DNA from: a virus
Taxonomy: Duplodnaviria; Caudoviricetes
Virus record (IMG/VR): IMGVR_UViG_3300032095_000036
Coordinates: 1 to 35,503 of that record
Strand: one strand, 5' to 3'
DNA length: 35,503 nucleotides
Shown here piece after piece: positions 6,976-15,839 of the stretch. The notes under the pieces are model-generated. The model was not told the DNA's origin, made no database searches, and worked only from the letters and a program-made list of their open reading frames with translations. The stretch's first letter is position 1, and each line of letters opens with the position of its first letter. A program made the position numbers and the translations under genes.

Positions 6976-7645
6976 GCCGCATCCCGCGCTTCGCATTCCA
7001 TTGATCGATCACCTGTTCAACCGCCTGGATGGCGCCTACCCGATCCGGTGGCGCTCGGCATTCGCGGACCCGCAATCAATTGCCAACTGGCGCGAAGCGT
7101 GGGCCGAAGCCTTCGATGAGGAGGGGCTGACTCCCGACGACGTTAGAAACGGGCTCAAGGCCTGCCGCAAGCGATATGACTGGCCGCCCTCGGTGTCCGA
7201 GTTCATTAAGGCCTGCCGTCCTGAGATCAATGTCGATGCGGCGCTGTACGAGGCCACGCAGCAGTTGCGACTGCGGGCCGAGGGGCGCGATCAGTGGAGC
7301 AATCCCGCGATCTACTGGGCGGCAATCAAGGTGGGCGAGTTCGACATGCTCAATCTCTCGCATGGCGCGCTGGTCAAGCGGTTCGGCGCGGCACTCGATG
7401 CGGTTCTTGCTCAAGACCAAATCCCTGACGTGCCGGCCCGACTTGCCGCTTTGCCCGCCCCAGGCCGTGCTGTCGCTGCGCCAGAACGGGTGGAGGCGGC
7501 CGTCAAGGAAGTCAGGGCGCTCCATCGTGTCCCAGGTGACAAGCGTTGGGCGCAGAGGATCGTCGATCGGGATCAGGCGGGCAGCAAGGTCCCCTACGGC
7601 GTCCTTCAGATGGCGCGTTCCGCGTTGGGTTTGGGGATGGCATGA
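6929..7645 (+). CDS. Replication protein P-like helicase loader (start uncertain: 6923, 6929 or 6950)
   Basis: IDHLFNRLDGAYP..W...WAEAF...GL..CRK..WPPSVSEF; follows the initiator. Confidence 0.7.
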   Translation: MTLPPLSMSKRSLWLEPHPALRIPLIDHLFNRLDGAYPIRWRSAFADPQSIANWREAWAEAFDEEGLTPDDVRNGLKACRKRYDWPPSVSEFIKACRPEINVDAALYEATQQLRLRAEGRDQWSNPAIYWAAIKVGEFDMLNLSHGALVKRFGAALDAVLAQDQIPDVPARLAALPAPGRAVAAPERVEAAVKEVRALHRVPGDKRWAQRIVDRDQAGSKVPYGVLQMARSALGLGMA

Positions 7646-7669
7646 CCGGACTGTGGGGAAAGTGGGGAA

Positions 7670-7864
7670 ATGCGAACGGACGAAGAGTATCGGCACGAGT
7701 GCGAGGCAAAGCGATTGGCGGCTCTGCCGAATTGGCGGGTGACGGACGAACTTCGAGCGGTGGAGAAGGCCCGGGGTTTGGTCGAGGCGCAGCGGCTGGC
7801 GGCAACCATCCGGGAGCTTCGCAAAAAGGGAAGAGCAAATATCGAAACACCCGTGTATCGCTGA
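7670..7864 (+). CDS. Hypothetical phage protein (EEYRHECEAK motif)
   Basis: GGGG RBS; typical post-replication small gene. Confidence 0.6.
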   Translation: MRTDEEYRHECEAKRLAALPNWRVTDELRAVEKARGLVEAQRLAATIRELRKKGRANIETPVYR

Positions 7865-8157
7865 ATGGCATGAAGTTCGACAGCCGGAGGGAGATGGAGC
7901 GGTACTTCCACCTCCGGCAGATGGAGCGGGCGGGGCTGATCAGCGGGCTGCGCCGGCAGGTGGTGTACGAGCTGGCGCCCGGGGTGGTGATCCAGGGGCG
8001 GAAGCGGCCGGCGCTGCGGTATGTCGCCGATTTCGTATACCGGGACGGCGAGGGGCGCGAGATCACCGAGGACGTGAAGGGAAAGATCACCGAGGGGTAC
8101 AGGATCAAAAGACACCTCTTGGCGGTGATGGGGATCGAGATCAAGGAGGTCAAGTGA
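7831..8157 (+). CDS. DUF1064-family nuclease; canonical start codon missing (see findings)
   Basis: SKYRN...GMKFDSRRE..Y..L...GLI..L.RQV.YEL...YVADFVY...EDVKG..T..YRIKR.L. Confidence 0.8.
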   Translation, partial: KSKYRNTRVSLNGMKFDSRREMERYFHLRQMERAGLISGLRRQVVYELAPGVVIQGRKRPALRYVADFVYRDGEGREITEDVKGKITEGYRIKRHLLAVMGIEIKEVK

Positions 8158-8402
8158 AGGTGCATGGCGTGGTGGTGCCGGTGGCGGCCCTGGAGGAGGC
8201 GAAGCGCTTGATGGCGCGCCGCAGCCGCTTTACCGCGAACGAGGTCGAGATGGTGATCCGCGGGAAGCTGATCGACGATATGGACATCGTCACGGCTGGC
8301 GACGTGGCGTTCCGCGCGGCCGACCGGCTGCTGCAGCAAGAGCGGAAGGCGGGCCGCATCGTCTTCATGTCCGGATCTTGGCGCAACGTGGGGGAGGCCT
8401 GA
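8154..8402 (+). CDS. Hypothetical nin-region protein
   Basis: GTGA overlap, AAGGAGG RBS; AADRLLQQERKAGRI. Confidence 0.7.
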   Translation: MKVHGVVVPVAALEEAKRLMARRSRFTANEVEMVIRGKLIDDMDIVTAGDVAFRAADRLLQQERKAGRIVFMSGSWRNVGEA

Positions 8403-8404
8403 TC

Positions 8405-8968
8405 ATGCGCTGGACGCCAGAAGACGAGGGGAAGCTGCGTGAGCTGTATAGCCCGACCAAGACGTTCAAGGAAATCGGCGATCAGCTGGGGCGATCGAAG
8501 GACGCGGTGCAGATGAAGGCGGCAGAGCTGGGACTGGGCCCCAAGCCGTACAAGGGGTATCGCTCCACGATTTGGCCGCTGATCGAGGAGATCTGCAAGG
8601 ACGGCCGCGCCCGCACGGTGCACGAGCTGGCCGCGCTGACTGGGGCATCCCGCGTCGCGATCGACCGACTCATGAAGGACCGCCACGACGATGGCCTGGC
8701 TCACGTTGCGGACTGGTTGCCGACCGAGCGCGGGCCCAAGGCCCCTCTGTGGCTGCCGGTGCCAGGCAAGGACGCCAAGAGGCCCAAGGCGACGACTCCA
8801 GCCGAACGCCAGGCGGCCCGCATGCGCCGGATGAAGGAGGAGGATCCGCTGCGCTACAAGGCGATCATCGACCGCTGCACCATCCGGCGGAAGCTGAAGA
8901 AGGGTCTCGTTCTCGCGCATCAGCATCCAATCGTCCATGCGCTGTTTGGCATGGGTGCGCCGGCATGA
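8405..8968 (+). CDS. HTH-containing protein
   Basis: MRWTPEDEGKLRELY...EIGDQLGRSKDAVQMKA, plus a second HTH TVHELAALTGASR. Confidence 0.7.
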   Translation: MRWTPEDEGKLRELYSPTKTFKEIGDQLGRSKDAVQMKAAELGLGPKPYKGYRSTIWPLIEEICKDGRARTVHELAALTGASRVAIDRLMKDRHDDGLAHVADWLPTERGPKAPLWLPVPGKDAKRPKATTPAERQAARMRRMKEEDPLRYKAIIDRCTIRRKLKKGLVLAHQHPIVHALFGMGAPA

Positions 8969-9228
8969 CGGCCGAGGTCAAGGGCGGCGCGCTGGCGAAG
9001 CTGGCCGGCATCTGGTGCCGGGAGCCGGGCTTCTGGGACTTCCTGATGCACCGGACGGGCGAGCCGGTGTACAGCGAGTCGACGGCGGCCGCGGTGGTGC
9101 GCAAGCTGTGCGACGTGACCAGCCGGGCGGAGCTGGACAGCGTCCCGAAGGCGGAGGCGCACTTTCACGTGCGCGTCAGGCTGCCGTACATGCGGTGGAT
9201 GCAAGGAGCGAAGCGATGCGATTCGTGA
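8965..9228 (+). CDS. Hypothetical phage protein
   Basis: LAGIWCREPGFWDFL...LCDVTSRAELD; ATGA coupling. Confidence 0.7.
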   Translation: MTAEVKGGALAKLAGIWCREPGFWDFLMHRTGEPVYSESTAAAVVRKLCDVTSRAELDSVPKAEAHFHVRVRLPYMRWMQGAKRCDS

Positions 9229-9344
9229 TCGTCGTGGCGGCGGCTGTGGCCTGGGGCGGCATCTGCCAAGCGATAGGCGTGCCGACTATCCCGCTGATTG
9301 CCGGCGGGGCGGTGATTGGTTGGGTGTTCGGCAGGTTGGTATAG
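9216..9344 (+). CDS. 42-aa membrane peptide
   Basis: AAGGAG RBS; MRFVIVVAAAVAWGGICQAIGVPTIPLIAGGAVIGWVFGRLV. Confidence 0.6.
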   Translation: MRFVIVVAAAVAWGGICQAIGVPTIPLIAGGAVIGWVFGRLV

Positions 9345-9389
9345 GGCGGCAAGGCAGGTATGGGTTTGACAGGACGGGGAGATCAGGGA

Positions 9390-10049
9390 ATGAGGAACGC
9401 AGTATTCGCCGACACGCGGCAGGCGCTGTACGTCGCGCACATGGTGATGGCGCTGCCACCGCGGCAGGGTTCGCCGTTTCGCACGTCGCTGATCCGGATG
9501 CTGGAGGGCGCGCCGCGGCTGACCGCCACGCAATCTGACTGGCTCGAGCAGCTGCGCGGGCAGCCTGGCGACAGCACGGTCAATTTCAGCGGGCTGACCT
9601 CCGATGAGGTGCGCGGACAATGTGCGATGGTGGTGTCAGCCGTGGACTCGAAGCTGCCGGCGCCGGAGCGGGCAGTGATCCGTGCTCGCTTTATCCCGGC
9701 CGAGTACGAAGAGATGGTGCGCGGCGACAAGTACAGCCGTCGGTTCTTCTACAGCCGCGAGCGCGTCGACGCGATCCGCTACCTGGCCGACTGGCTGGCG
9801 CCGACAGTCACCGCGGTGAGCCGCGATGCGCTGGACTTCCTCGTCGCCAAGGCATTCGCCAACCACCAGAAGCTGGTCATCAGCTATCGTCAGCTGGCTG
9901 ATCAATTCGGCGGCAACCACATGACCTATGCCCGCGCCTTCGCGACCGTGCGCGATCGCATGCGCCAGCTCGAAGCCGTCGCGGTCGATCGGCTCACGCC
10001 GTACTTCGAGGCGAGCGGCTTGATTGAAGTCATCGTCGAGGCCGCTTGA
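9390..10049 (+). CDS. Putative Q-like late antiterminator
   Basis: Last early gene, C-terminal HTH (ISYRQLADQFGGNHMT), directly followed by a promoter and terminator; assignment is positional. Confidence 0.65.
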   Translation: MRNAVFADTRQALYVAHMVMALPPRQGSPFRTSLIRMLEGAPRLTATQSDWLEQLRGQPGDSTVNFSGLTSDEVRGQCAMVVSAVDSKLPAPERAVIRARFIPAEYEEMVRGDKYSRRFFYSRERVDAIRYLADWLAPTVTAVSRDALDFLVAKAFANHQKLVISYRQLADQFGGNHMTYARAFATVRDRMRQLEAVAVDRLTPYFEASGLIEVIVEAA

Positions 10050-10074
10050 CGAGGTGCTGTTACAGCAGTACCAT
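10046..10074 (+). promoter_or_regulatory. Late promoter pR'
   Basis: TTGACG-17-TACCAT with palindrome GCTGTTACAGC in the spacer (possible qut element). Confidence 0.75.
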
Positions 10075-10102
10075 ATTTTTGTCAGATTGCAGAAGTGCCA
10101 CC

Positions 10103-10136
10103 AAAGCCCGCCCGGTTCACGCCGAGCGGGCTTTTT
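10103..10136 (+). terminator. tR' terminator
   Basis: AAAGCCCGC...GCGGGCTTTTT. Confidence 0.85.
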
Positions 10137-10152
10137 CGTTATCGGAATCACG

Positions 10153-10370
10153 ATAACGGCCCTCAGCCAGGCCGCTTGCCGTTATGGCTCTCCCCGTGTC
10201 ATGACGAAAAGCAGGTAGGCGGTCTGGCTGAGGGAATGCGCGAGAGCGCCGCGGACTGGCCGCGAACTGGGGAGCCAGTGCCTGCCAGAGCTGGCTGCAG
10301 GAGATCGGCATGGCCGACTTGCTGCGGGGTGGCTGGGCAAACAGGCGGAAGGGAGTCATCCCCTCAAACC
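10153..10370 (+). ncRNA. Candidate structured RNA of unknown family
   Basis: 21-bp helix 10160-10180/10214-10234 with three G-U pairs, plus several short hairpins; no convincing ORF. Confidence 0.55.
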
Positions 10371-10372
10371 TT

Positions 10373-10447
10373 TGCGGCATAGCGCAGTGGAAGCGCGTCG
10401 GGTTCATACCCCGGAGGTCGTTGGTTCGATTCCATCTGCCGCAACCA
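10373..10447 (+). tRNA. tRNA-Met (CAT), initiator-like
   Basis: Acceptor TGCGGCA/TGCCGCA, D stem GCGC/GCGC, anticodon arm TCGGG-TTCATAC-CCCGG, TTCGATT loop, encoded CCA. Confidence 0.9.
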
Positions 10448-10519
10448 GTGTCTCCTCCCGCCCGGCGTCGGCCGGGTTTGCCTGGCCATTGCTGGGCATT
10501 TTCTATTCGTGGGGTTGTG

Positions 10520-10654
10520 ATGCGCGGTCTGATTGTTCGACTCTTCGTTCTGCTCACCGGCAAGACGGAAGCTCAGCTCGGCACGGAGTGGTTCTGGTAC
10601 TACTTCCTTTACCGTTCGCGCGCTCGCGCCTACTGGCGGGTCCTGACCAGCTGA
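10520..10654 (+). CDS. 44-aa aromatic-rich peptide
   Basis: MRGLIVRLFVLLTGKTEAQLGTEWFWYYFLYRSRARAYWRVLTS; TGATG coupling to HNH. Confidence 0.55.
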   Translation: MRGLIVRLFVLLTGKTEAQLGTEWFWYYFLYRSRARAYWRVLTS

Positions 10655-11058
10655 TGGCCCGGGCTCGCCTCGGGACGCTTGCGCCGCGCGTTGCCGCTGC
10701 GCCGCGGCGGCTGCAGCAGATGCAGCCCGGCTCGTGGCGGTCCAGCGATCAATCATCCTCGCAGCGAGGCTACGACTACCGCTGGCAGAAGGCGCGGGCC
10801 GAATGGCTGCGCGAGCATCCGTTTTGCGTGTACTGCCTGCGTGAGCTGCGCATCGCCAGCGCCACCGTGGCCGAGACCATCCTCGAATGCGCGGCGCGCG
10901 GGGTGCCAGTGCCCTACGGCAATGTGGTGGACCACATCAAGCCGCACCGGGGAGATCAGGCGTTGTTCTGGGATCGATCGAACTGGCAGACCCTCTGCGC
11001 CACCCACCACAGCCGCGACAAACAGCGGCACGAGAACGAATCAGCGAGCGTGCGATGA
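10654..11058 (+). CDS. Terminase-associated HNH endonuclease (HK97 gp74-like)
   Basis: RGYDYRWQKAR..L.EHPFCVYC...VVDHIKPHRGD..LFWDRSNWQTLC..HH. Confidence 0.9.
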   Translation: MARARLGTLAPRVAAAPRRLQQMQPGSWRSSDQSSSQRGYDYRWQKARAEWLREHPFCVYCLRELRIASATVAETILECAARGVPVPYGNVVDHIKPHRGDQALFWDRSNWQTLCATHHSRDKQRHENESASVR

Positions 11059-11249
11059 CGTGCACGGCTGGCACGATACTTGTCCAGCTCCACTCCGCAC
11101 TTTAACGACATAAAAACAAGAACGCGAAGCACGGCGAGGGTTCTTGTGCACCTTGTTGGTGCGACCATGGAGCAGGGGGTCAGGCTCGTTGGGCTGGTAA
11201 CGAGAATGCGAACCGTTCTCGTCTGCGTGTTGCGTAGGCGCAACATGTG

Positions 11250-11325
11250 ACGGGAGGGGCACCCGAAAGTTCGGGATGCGAACGGTTTCTAGACCGCCCG
11301 TTCCCTCACGCGCAGAAAATTTCCC
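11250..11325. other. Probable cos packaging site region
   Basis: Between HNH and terS; GGGG..GAAAGT..CTAGACCGCCCG..CTCACGCGCAGAAAATT pattern typical of HK97-like 3'-cos phages; exact cut site not determined. Confidence 0.55.
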
Positions 11326-11452
11326 CGCTGGCGAAATTTGTTAAAGCTTTAACATCCCGGCCGCTTTAAGAAACGGCCGCAACTGCTTGTGCGGTAAGAG
11401 GTTTCGGCGGGCGAGATGTTTAACATGCGAGCCGCTGTAGAAGGCATTTGAC

Positions 11453-11962
11453 ATGGCGCTAACCGGCAAAAAGCAGAAGTTTGCCGAGGCGAAGGCCCGG
11501 GGGCTGTCCAACAAGGACGCGGCGATCCGCGCGGGGTATAGCGCCAGTTCCGCGGCGGCCCAGGGATCCCGGCTGGCGAAGGACCCCGATGTCGTCGCAC
11601 ACCTCAATCGGAAGGCCAAGGCCAAGTCGACGAGGAAGGCAACGCCTCCCGTCAAAGAAGCGCCGGTCGATCAGCGGCAGCCGCCGCGTGAGCCGGACGC
11701 GCTGGACGAAGAGGCTGCAATCGCGGCTTTCGACTGGGAGCAGGCCACGCGGTTCTCGGACCCGAAAGCCTTCCTCAAGGCAGTCATGAACGACATGGAG
11801 ACGGAGCCCAAGCTACGCGTCTTCGCTGCCAAAGAACTGATGCCGTACTTCCACCGGAAGCTCGGCGACACCGGAAAGAAGGAAGAGCGAAAGGACGCAG
11901 CAAGCAAGGCGGCGAGCGGCCGCTTTGCCGCGGCGCCTCCGCCTTTGCGCGCCGTGAAATAA
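11453..11962 (+). CDS. terS: Terminase small subunit
   Basis: LTGKKQKFAEAK..G.SNKDAAIRAGYS; AAKELMPYFHRK. Confidence 0.9.
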   Translation: MALTGKKQKFAEAKARGLSNKDAAIRAGYSASSAAAQGSRLAKDPDVVAHLNRKAKAKSTRKATPPVKEAPVDQRQPPREPDALDEEAAIAAFDWEQATRFSDPKAFLKAVMNDMETEPKLRVFAAKELMPYFHRKLGDTGKKEERKDAASKAASGRFAAAPPPLRAVK

Positions 11963-11966
11963 CGAT

Positions 11967-13670
11967 ATGGAATGGTCTACCGCATGTCTGGACTGGGCTG
12001 AGCGCCTGCAGTCGGGGCGGTCGATCATTCCGCCGCCAATCTTCCCGGATCAGGCTGAACTGGCGCTGTCGATCTTCAAGGAGTTGCGCATCGTCGACGC
12101 GCCGAATAGCCCTACGTTTGGCGAGGCGTGTGCGCAGTGGGTGTTCGACCTGGTGGCGTCCATCTTTGGTGCCTACGATCCAGAGTCGGGGCGGCGGCTG
12201 ATCACGGAATGGTTCGTGTGTCTGCCCAAGAAGAACTCGAAGTCCACCATCGCGGCCGGGATCATGATGACGGCCCTGATCCTGAACTGGCGGCAGTCTG
12301 CGGAGTTCAGCATCCTGGCGCCGACCATCGAGATCGCGAACAACAGCTTCGGTCCGGCGCGCGACTTTTGCTCGGAGCGTGTTGACGAAGAACTGAACGC
12401 GCTGATGCATGTGCAGACGCACATCAAGACGATCACACATCGGGAAAGCAATGCGACCCTGAAGGTGGTCGCGGCCGACTCTAATACCGTTGGCGGAAAA
12501 AAGAGTGTCGGCACCCTCGTCGACGAACTGTGGCTATTTGGCAAACAGGCTAACGCCGAGAACATGCTGCGCGAGGCAATCGGTGGCCTGGCGTCGCGGC
12601 CGGAAGGCTTTGTCATCTACCTGACGACGCAGAGCGATGACCCTCCTGCGGGGGTGTTCAAGCAGAAGCTGCAGTACGCACGTGACGTGCGGGACGGGAA
12701 GATCGTCGACAAGAGTTTCGTTCCGATCATCTTCGAACACCCGCCGGAGATGGTGAAGCGAGGTGACCACCTGAAGGTGGAGAACCTCGCGATGGTCAAC
12801 CCGAACCTGGGGTATTCGGTCGACCGCGCATTCCTTGAGCGTGAGTTCCGCAAGGCTCAAGAGGGTGGCGAAGAATCATTCCGTGGCTTCATGGCGAAGC
12901 ACGGGAACGTCGAGATTGGACTTGCACTTCGGTCCAACAGTTGGGCTGGCGCTTTGTTCTGGGAACAGCAGGCACGGCCCGGGCTGACGCTGGCCGAACT
13001 GATCCGCCGGTGCGAGGTGATCGACGTCGGTATCGACGGCGGCGGCCTCGACGACCTGCTGGGCCTCGCCGCAGCCGGCCGCGACCGCGAGACGGGTGAA
13101 TGGCTGACCTGGTGCAAGGCATGGGCGCATCCGGCTGTGCTCGAGCGCCGCAAATCCGAAGCGTCAAAGCTGCTGGACCTGCAGAAGGTTGGCGAGCTAG
13201 TGATCGTCGAGCGGATCGGAGAGGACGTCGAGCAGCTGGCGCAGGACGTGAAGCTGATCTACGACGCTGGCCTGCTGGACAAGATCGGGGTGGACCCGAG
13301 CGGCATTGGCGCCGTGCTCGATGCGCTCGCCGCCGCCGGCATCCCCGAGAAGAACGCCAACGGCGACGACATGATCGTCGGCATTTCACAGGGCTGGAAG
13401 CTGGGCGGCACCATCAAGACGACCGAGCGAAAGCTGGCGGAAGGCACCCTCTGGCACGGCGGTACGGCACTGATGAACTGGTGCGTCGGCAACGCCAAGG
13501 TTGAGCCTAAGGGCAACGCCATCCTGATCACGAAGCAGGCCAGCGGCACTGCAAAGATCGATCCCCTGATGGCGCTGTTCAACGCGGTGGCGCTCTTGGC
13601 GCTGAACCCTGAAGGGATGGGCTCCATGGATGACTGGCTGAGCAATCCCGTAGTGGCGGGCCACGCATGA
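11967..13670 (+). CDS. terL: Terminase large subunit
   Basis: Walker A variant LPKKNSKST, Walker B TLVDELW, GIDGGGLDD, KIDPLMA. Confidence 0.95.
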   Translation: MEWSTACLDWAERLQSGRSIIPPPIFPDQAELALSIFKELRIVDAPNSPTFGEACAQWVFDLVASIFGAYDPESGRRLITEWFVCLPKKNSKSTIAAGIMMTALILNWRQSAEFSILAPTIEIANNSFGPARDFCSERVDEELNALMHVQTHIKTITHRESNATLKVVAADSNTVGGKKSVGTLVDELWLFGKQANAENMLREAIGGLASRPEGFVIYLTTQSDDPPAGVFKQKLQYARDVRDGKIVDKSFVPIIFEHPPEMVKRGDHLKVENLAMVNPNLGYSVDRAFLEREFRKAQEGGEESFRGFMAKHGNVEIGLALRSNSWAGALFWEQQARPGLTLAELIRRCEVIDVGIDGGGLDDLLGLAAAGRDRETGEWLTWCKAWAHPAVLERRKSEASKLLDLQKVGELVIVERIGEDVEQLAQDVKLIYDAGLLDKIGVDPSGIGAVLDALAAAGIPEKNANGDDMIVGISQGWKLGGTIKTTERKLAEGTLWHGGTALMNWCVGNAKVEPKGNAILITKQASGTAKIDPLMALFNAVALLALNPEGMGSMDDWLSNPVVAGHA

Positions 13671-14953
13671 AAATCCGAAAACCGACGAGCATTGCGGGCC
13701 GCGTCCGCGCCGCGATCGATGGCATCGTCAGATCGTTCTCACTGACGGATCGCGATCTGTACATCGATCGCAGCATGGTGAGCGAGGCCGGCGTGGAGGT
13801 AACTCCGAAGGCGGTGATGCAGTTGGACGCGGCATGGAGCTGCGTCCGCCTGATCTCCGAGACCATTGCGACGTTGCCGCTGTCGATGTTCGAGCGAACC
13901 CCGAACGGGAAGCGCCCGGCACCGCAGCACCCCCTGCACTTCGTCATTCACGACCAGCCGAACGTCGATTCGACGGCCTCCATCTTCTGGGAGGCCATGG
14001 TGGCGGCCATGCTGTTGCGCGGCGCTGGGAGGGCGGAGAAGCTGTATGTCGGCACGCAGCTGGTCGGCCTGTCGTTCCTGGATCCGGACAAGCTCGTGTG
14101 CAACCGTGACGCCGCGGGGCGAAAGCGATACAGCTACCCGCGTCCGAATGGCGAAATGCGGGAGATTCCGGAGTCCCGCATATGGACGATTCCAGGCTTT
14201 ACGCTGGACGGAGTGAATGGGGTATCGGTGATCGCCTACGGCGCCAAGGTGTTCGGCTCGGCCATCGCCGCGGACAAGGCTGCTGCCCAGACGTTCAGGA
14301 ACGGACTGCTGCAGACCATCTACTACAAGATGGCCGGCTTCCTGAAGCCGAGCCAGCGCGCCGAGTTCAAGAAGAATCTGGCGGGCACCATCGAGCGCGG
14401 CGAGGCACCGCTGCTCGAAGGTGGCACGGAGGCCGGGACACTGGGGATCAAGCCATCTGATGCCCAACTGCTGGAATCCCGCGCGTTCTCGGTGGAGGCG
14501 GTCTGCCGGTGGTTCCGTGTGCCGCCTTGGATGGTCGGGCATACCGAGAAGTCGACGAGCTGGGGCACCGGCATCGAGCAGCAGATGATCGGCTTCCTGA
14601 CCTTCACGCTCGGCCCGTGGCTGCGTCGCATCGAGCAGGCGATCAGTAAGGACCTGCTGAAGCCGGCCGAACGCGCCCGCTACTACCCCAAGTTCGCCGT
14701 CGAGGGACTTCTGCGGGCTGACAGTGCCGGCCGCTCGGCGTTCTACGCCGCGATGGTGAACAACGGCATCCTGACTCGCGACGAGGTGCGGGAACTGGAA
14801 GACCGTGAACCGATGGGCGGCAACGCCGCAGTGCTGACCGTGCAATCCGCCATGACCACGCTCGACACGATTGGAACCCAGAGCGACGCGAACCAAGCCA
14901 GGGCCGCTATCCGCGCGTTCCTTGGCTTCGACGACGACCAGAAGAAGGACTGA
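13667..14953 (+). CDS. HK97-family portal protein
   Basis: CVRLISETIATLP, DAQLLESR.FSVE..CRWFRVPP, TRDEVRELED. Confidence 0.95.
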   Translation: MKIRKPTSIAGRVRAAIDGIVRSFSLTDRDLYIDRSMVSEAGVEVTPKAVMQLDAAWSCVRLISETIATLPLSMFERTPNGKRPAPQHPLHFVIHDQPNVDSTASIFWEAMVAAMLLRGAGRAEKLYVGTQLVGLSFLDPDKLVCNRDAAGRKRYSYPRPNGEMREIPESRIWTIPGFTLDGVNGVSVIAYGAKVFGSAIAADKAAAQTFRNGLLQTIYYKMAGFLKPSQRAEFKKNLAGTIERGEAPLLEGGTEAGTLGIKPSDAQLLESRAFSVEAVCRWFRVPPWMVGHTEKSTSWGTGIEQQMIGFLTFTLGPWLRRIEQAISKDLLKPAERARYYPKFAVEGLLRADSAGRSAFYAAMVNNGILTRDEVRELEDREPMGGNAAVLTVQSAMTTLDTIGTQSDANQARAAIRAFLGFDDDQKKD

Positions 14954-14958
14954 CCCCC

Positions 14959-15828
14959 ATGAGCAAGAAGACGCTACCGGGTGCGCCGGAGGGACGCCCC
15001 TGCGCCGGCATTTCGAGCCAGCTGCAACCTCGCGCCCTGGATCGTTGGCACGCCGGGGTGCGCGCGGCCTCTGACGCAGACGCCGAACGGACGATCAGCG
15101 TCTATGACGTCATCGGCTACGACTACTGGTCGGGCGAGGGTGTAACGGCCAAGCGCATCGCCGGGGCGCTGCGGGCAATGGGCGCCGGCCCGGTGACCGT
15201 GAACGTCAACTCGCCCGGCGGTGACATGTTCGAGGGGCTTGCCATTTACAACCTGCTGCGCGAGCACGATGGCGAAGTGACGGTGAAGGTGCTGGGCTTG
15301 GCGGCATCGGCGGCTTCCATCATCGCCATGGCCGGGGACACGGTTCAGATCGCGCGCGCCGGTTTCCTGATGATCCACAACGCGTGGGTGATGGCCGTGG
15401 GCAACCGCAACGACCTCATCGAGGTCGCGGAGACGCTGAAGCCCTTTGATGACGCGATGGCTAGCATCTACGCCGCTCGCACCGGCCACGACATCAAGGC
15501 CATGGCGAAGCTCATGGACGCCGAGACATGGATCGGGGGGCAAGCGGCCATTGACGACGGCTTCGCCGACGAGTTCCTTCCTTCGGACCAGGTGAAGAAG
15601 GGAGATGGCAAGGCCAGCGCCTCGGCCGTCCGCCGAATCGAGGCTGCGCTGCGATCGAGCGGCATGCCGAAGTCCGAAGCGATGCGCCTCATTAGCGAAT
15701 TCAAGTCCGGCTTGGGCGATCCGGCTGGCAGCGGTGAGGGAGATCCCACCGAACGAGTTGGGCTAGCGCCTGACTCCCTTAGCAGCGCCGCGGCACTGGC
15801 CGCGTCCCTCACCACTATTCATTTCTGA
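14959..15828 (+). CDS. ClpP-type prohead protease
   Basis: NSPGGDMFEG, GLAASAAS (catalytic Ser), MIHNAW. Confidence 0.95.
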   Translation: MSKKTLPGAPEGRPCAGISSQLQPRALDRWHAGVRAASDADAERTISVYDVIGYDYWSGEGVTAKRIAGALRAMGAGPVTVNVNSPGGDMFEGLAIYNLLREHDGEVTVKVLGLAASAASIIAMAGDTVQIARAGFLMIHNAWVMAVGNRNDLIEVAETLKPFDDAMASIYAARTGHDIKAMAKLMDAETWIGGQAAIDDGFADEFLPSDQVKKGDGKASASAVRRIEAALRSSGMPKSEAMRLISEFKSGLGDPAGSGEGDPTERVGLAPDSLSSAAALAASLTTIHF

Positions 15829-15839
15829 GAGGAAATCAC

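Noticed and set aside
10056-10066. GCTGTTACAGC as a LexA box
   Set aside because: CTGT and ACAG are 1 nt apart, not 8
10373-10447. tRNA as the prophage attachment site
   Set aside because: It lies inside the late operon, with no duplicated 3' end or integrase nearby
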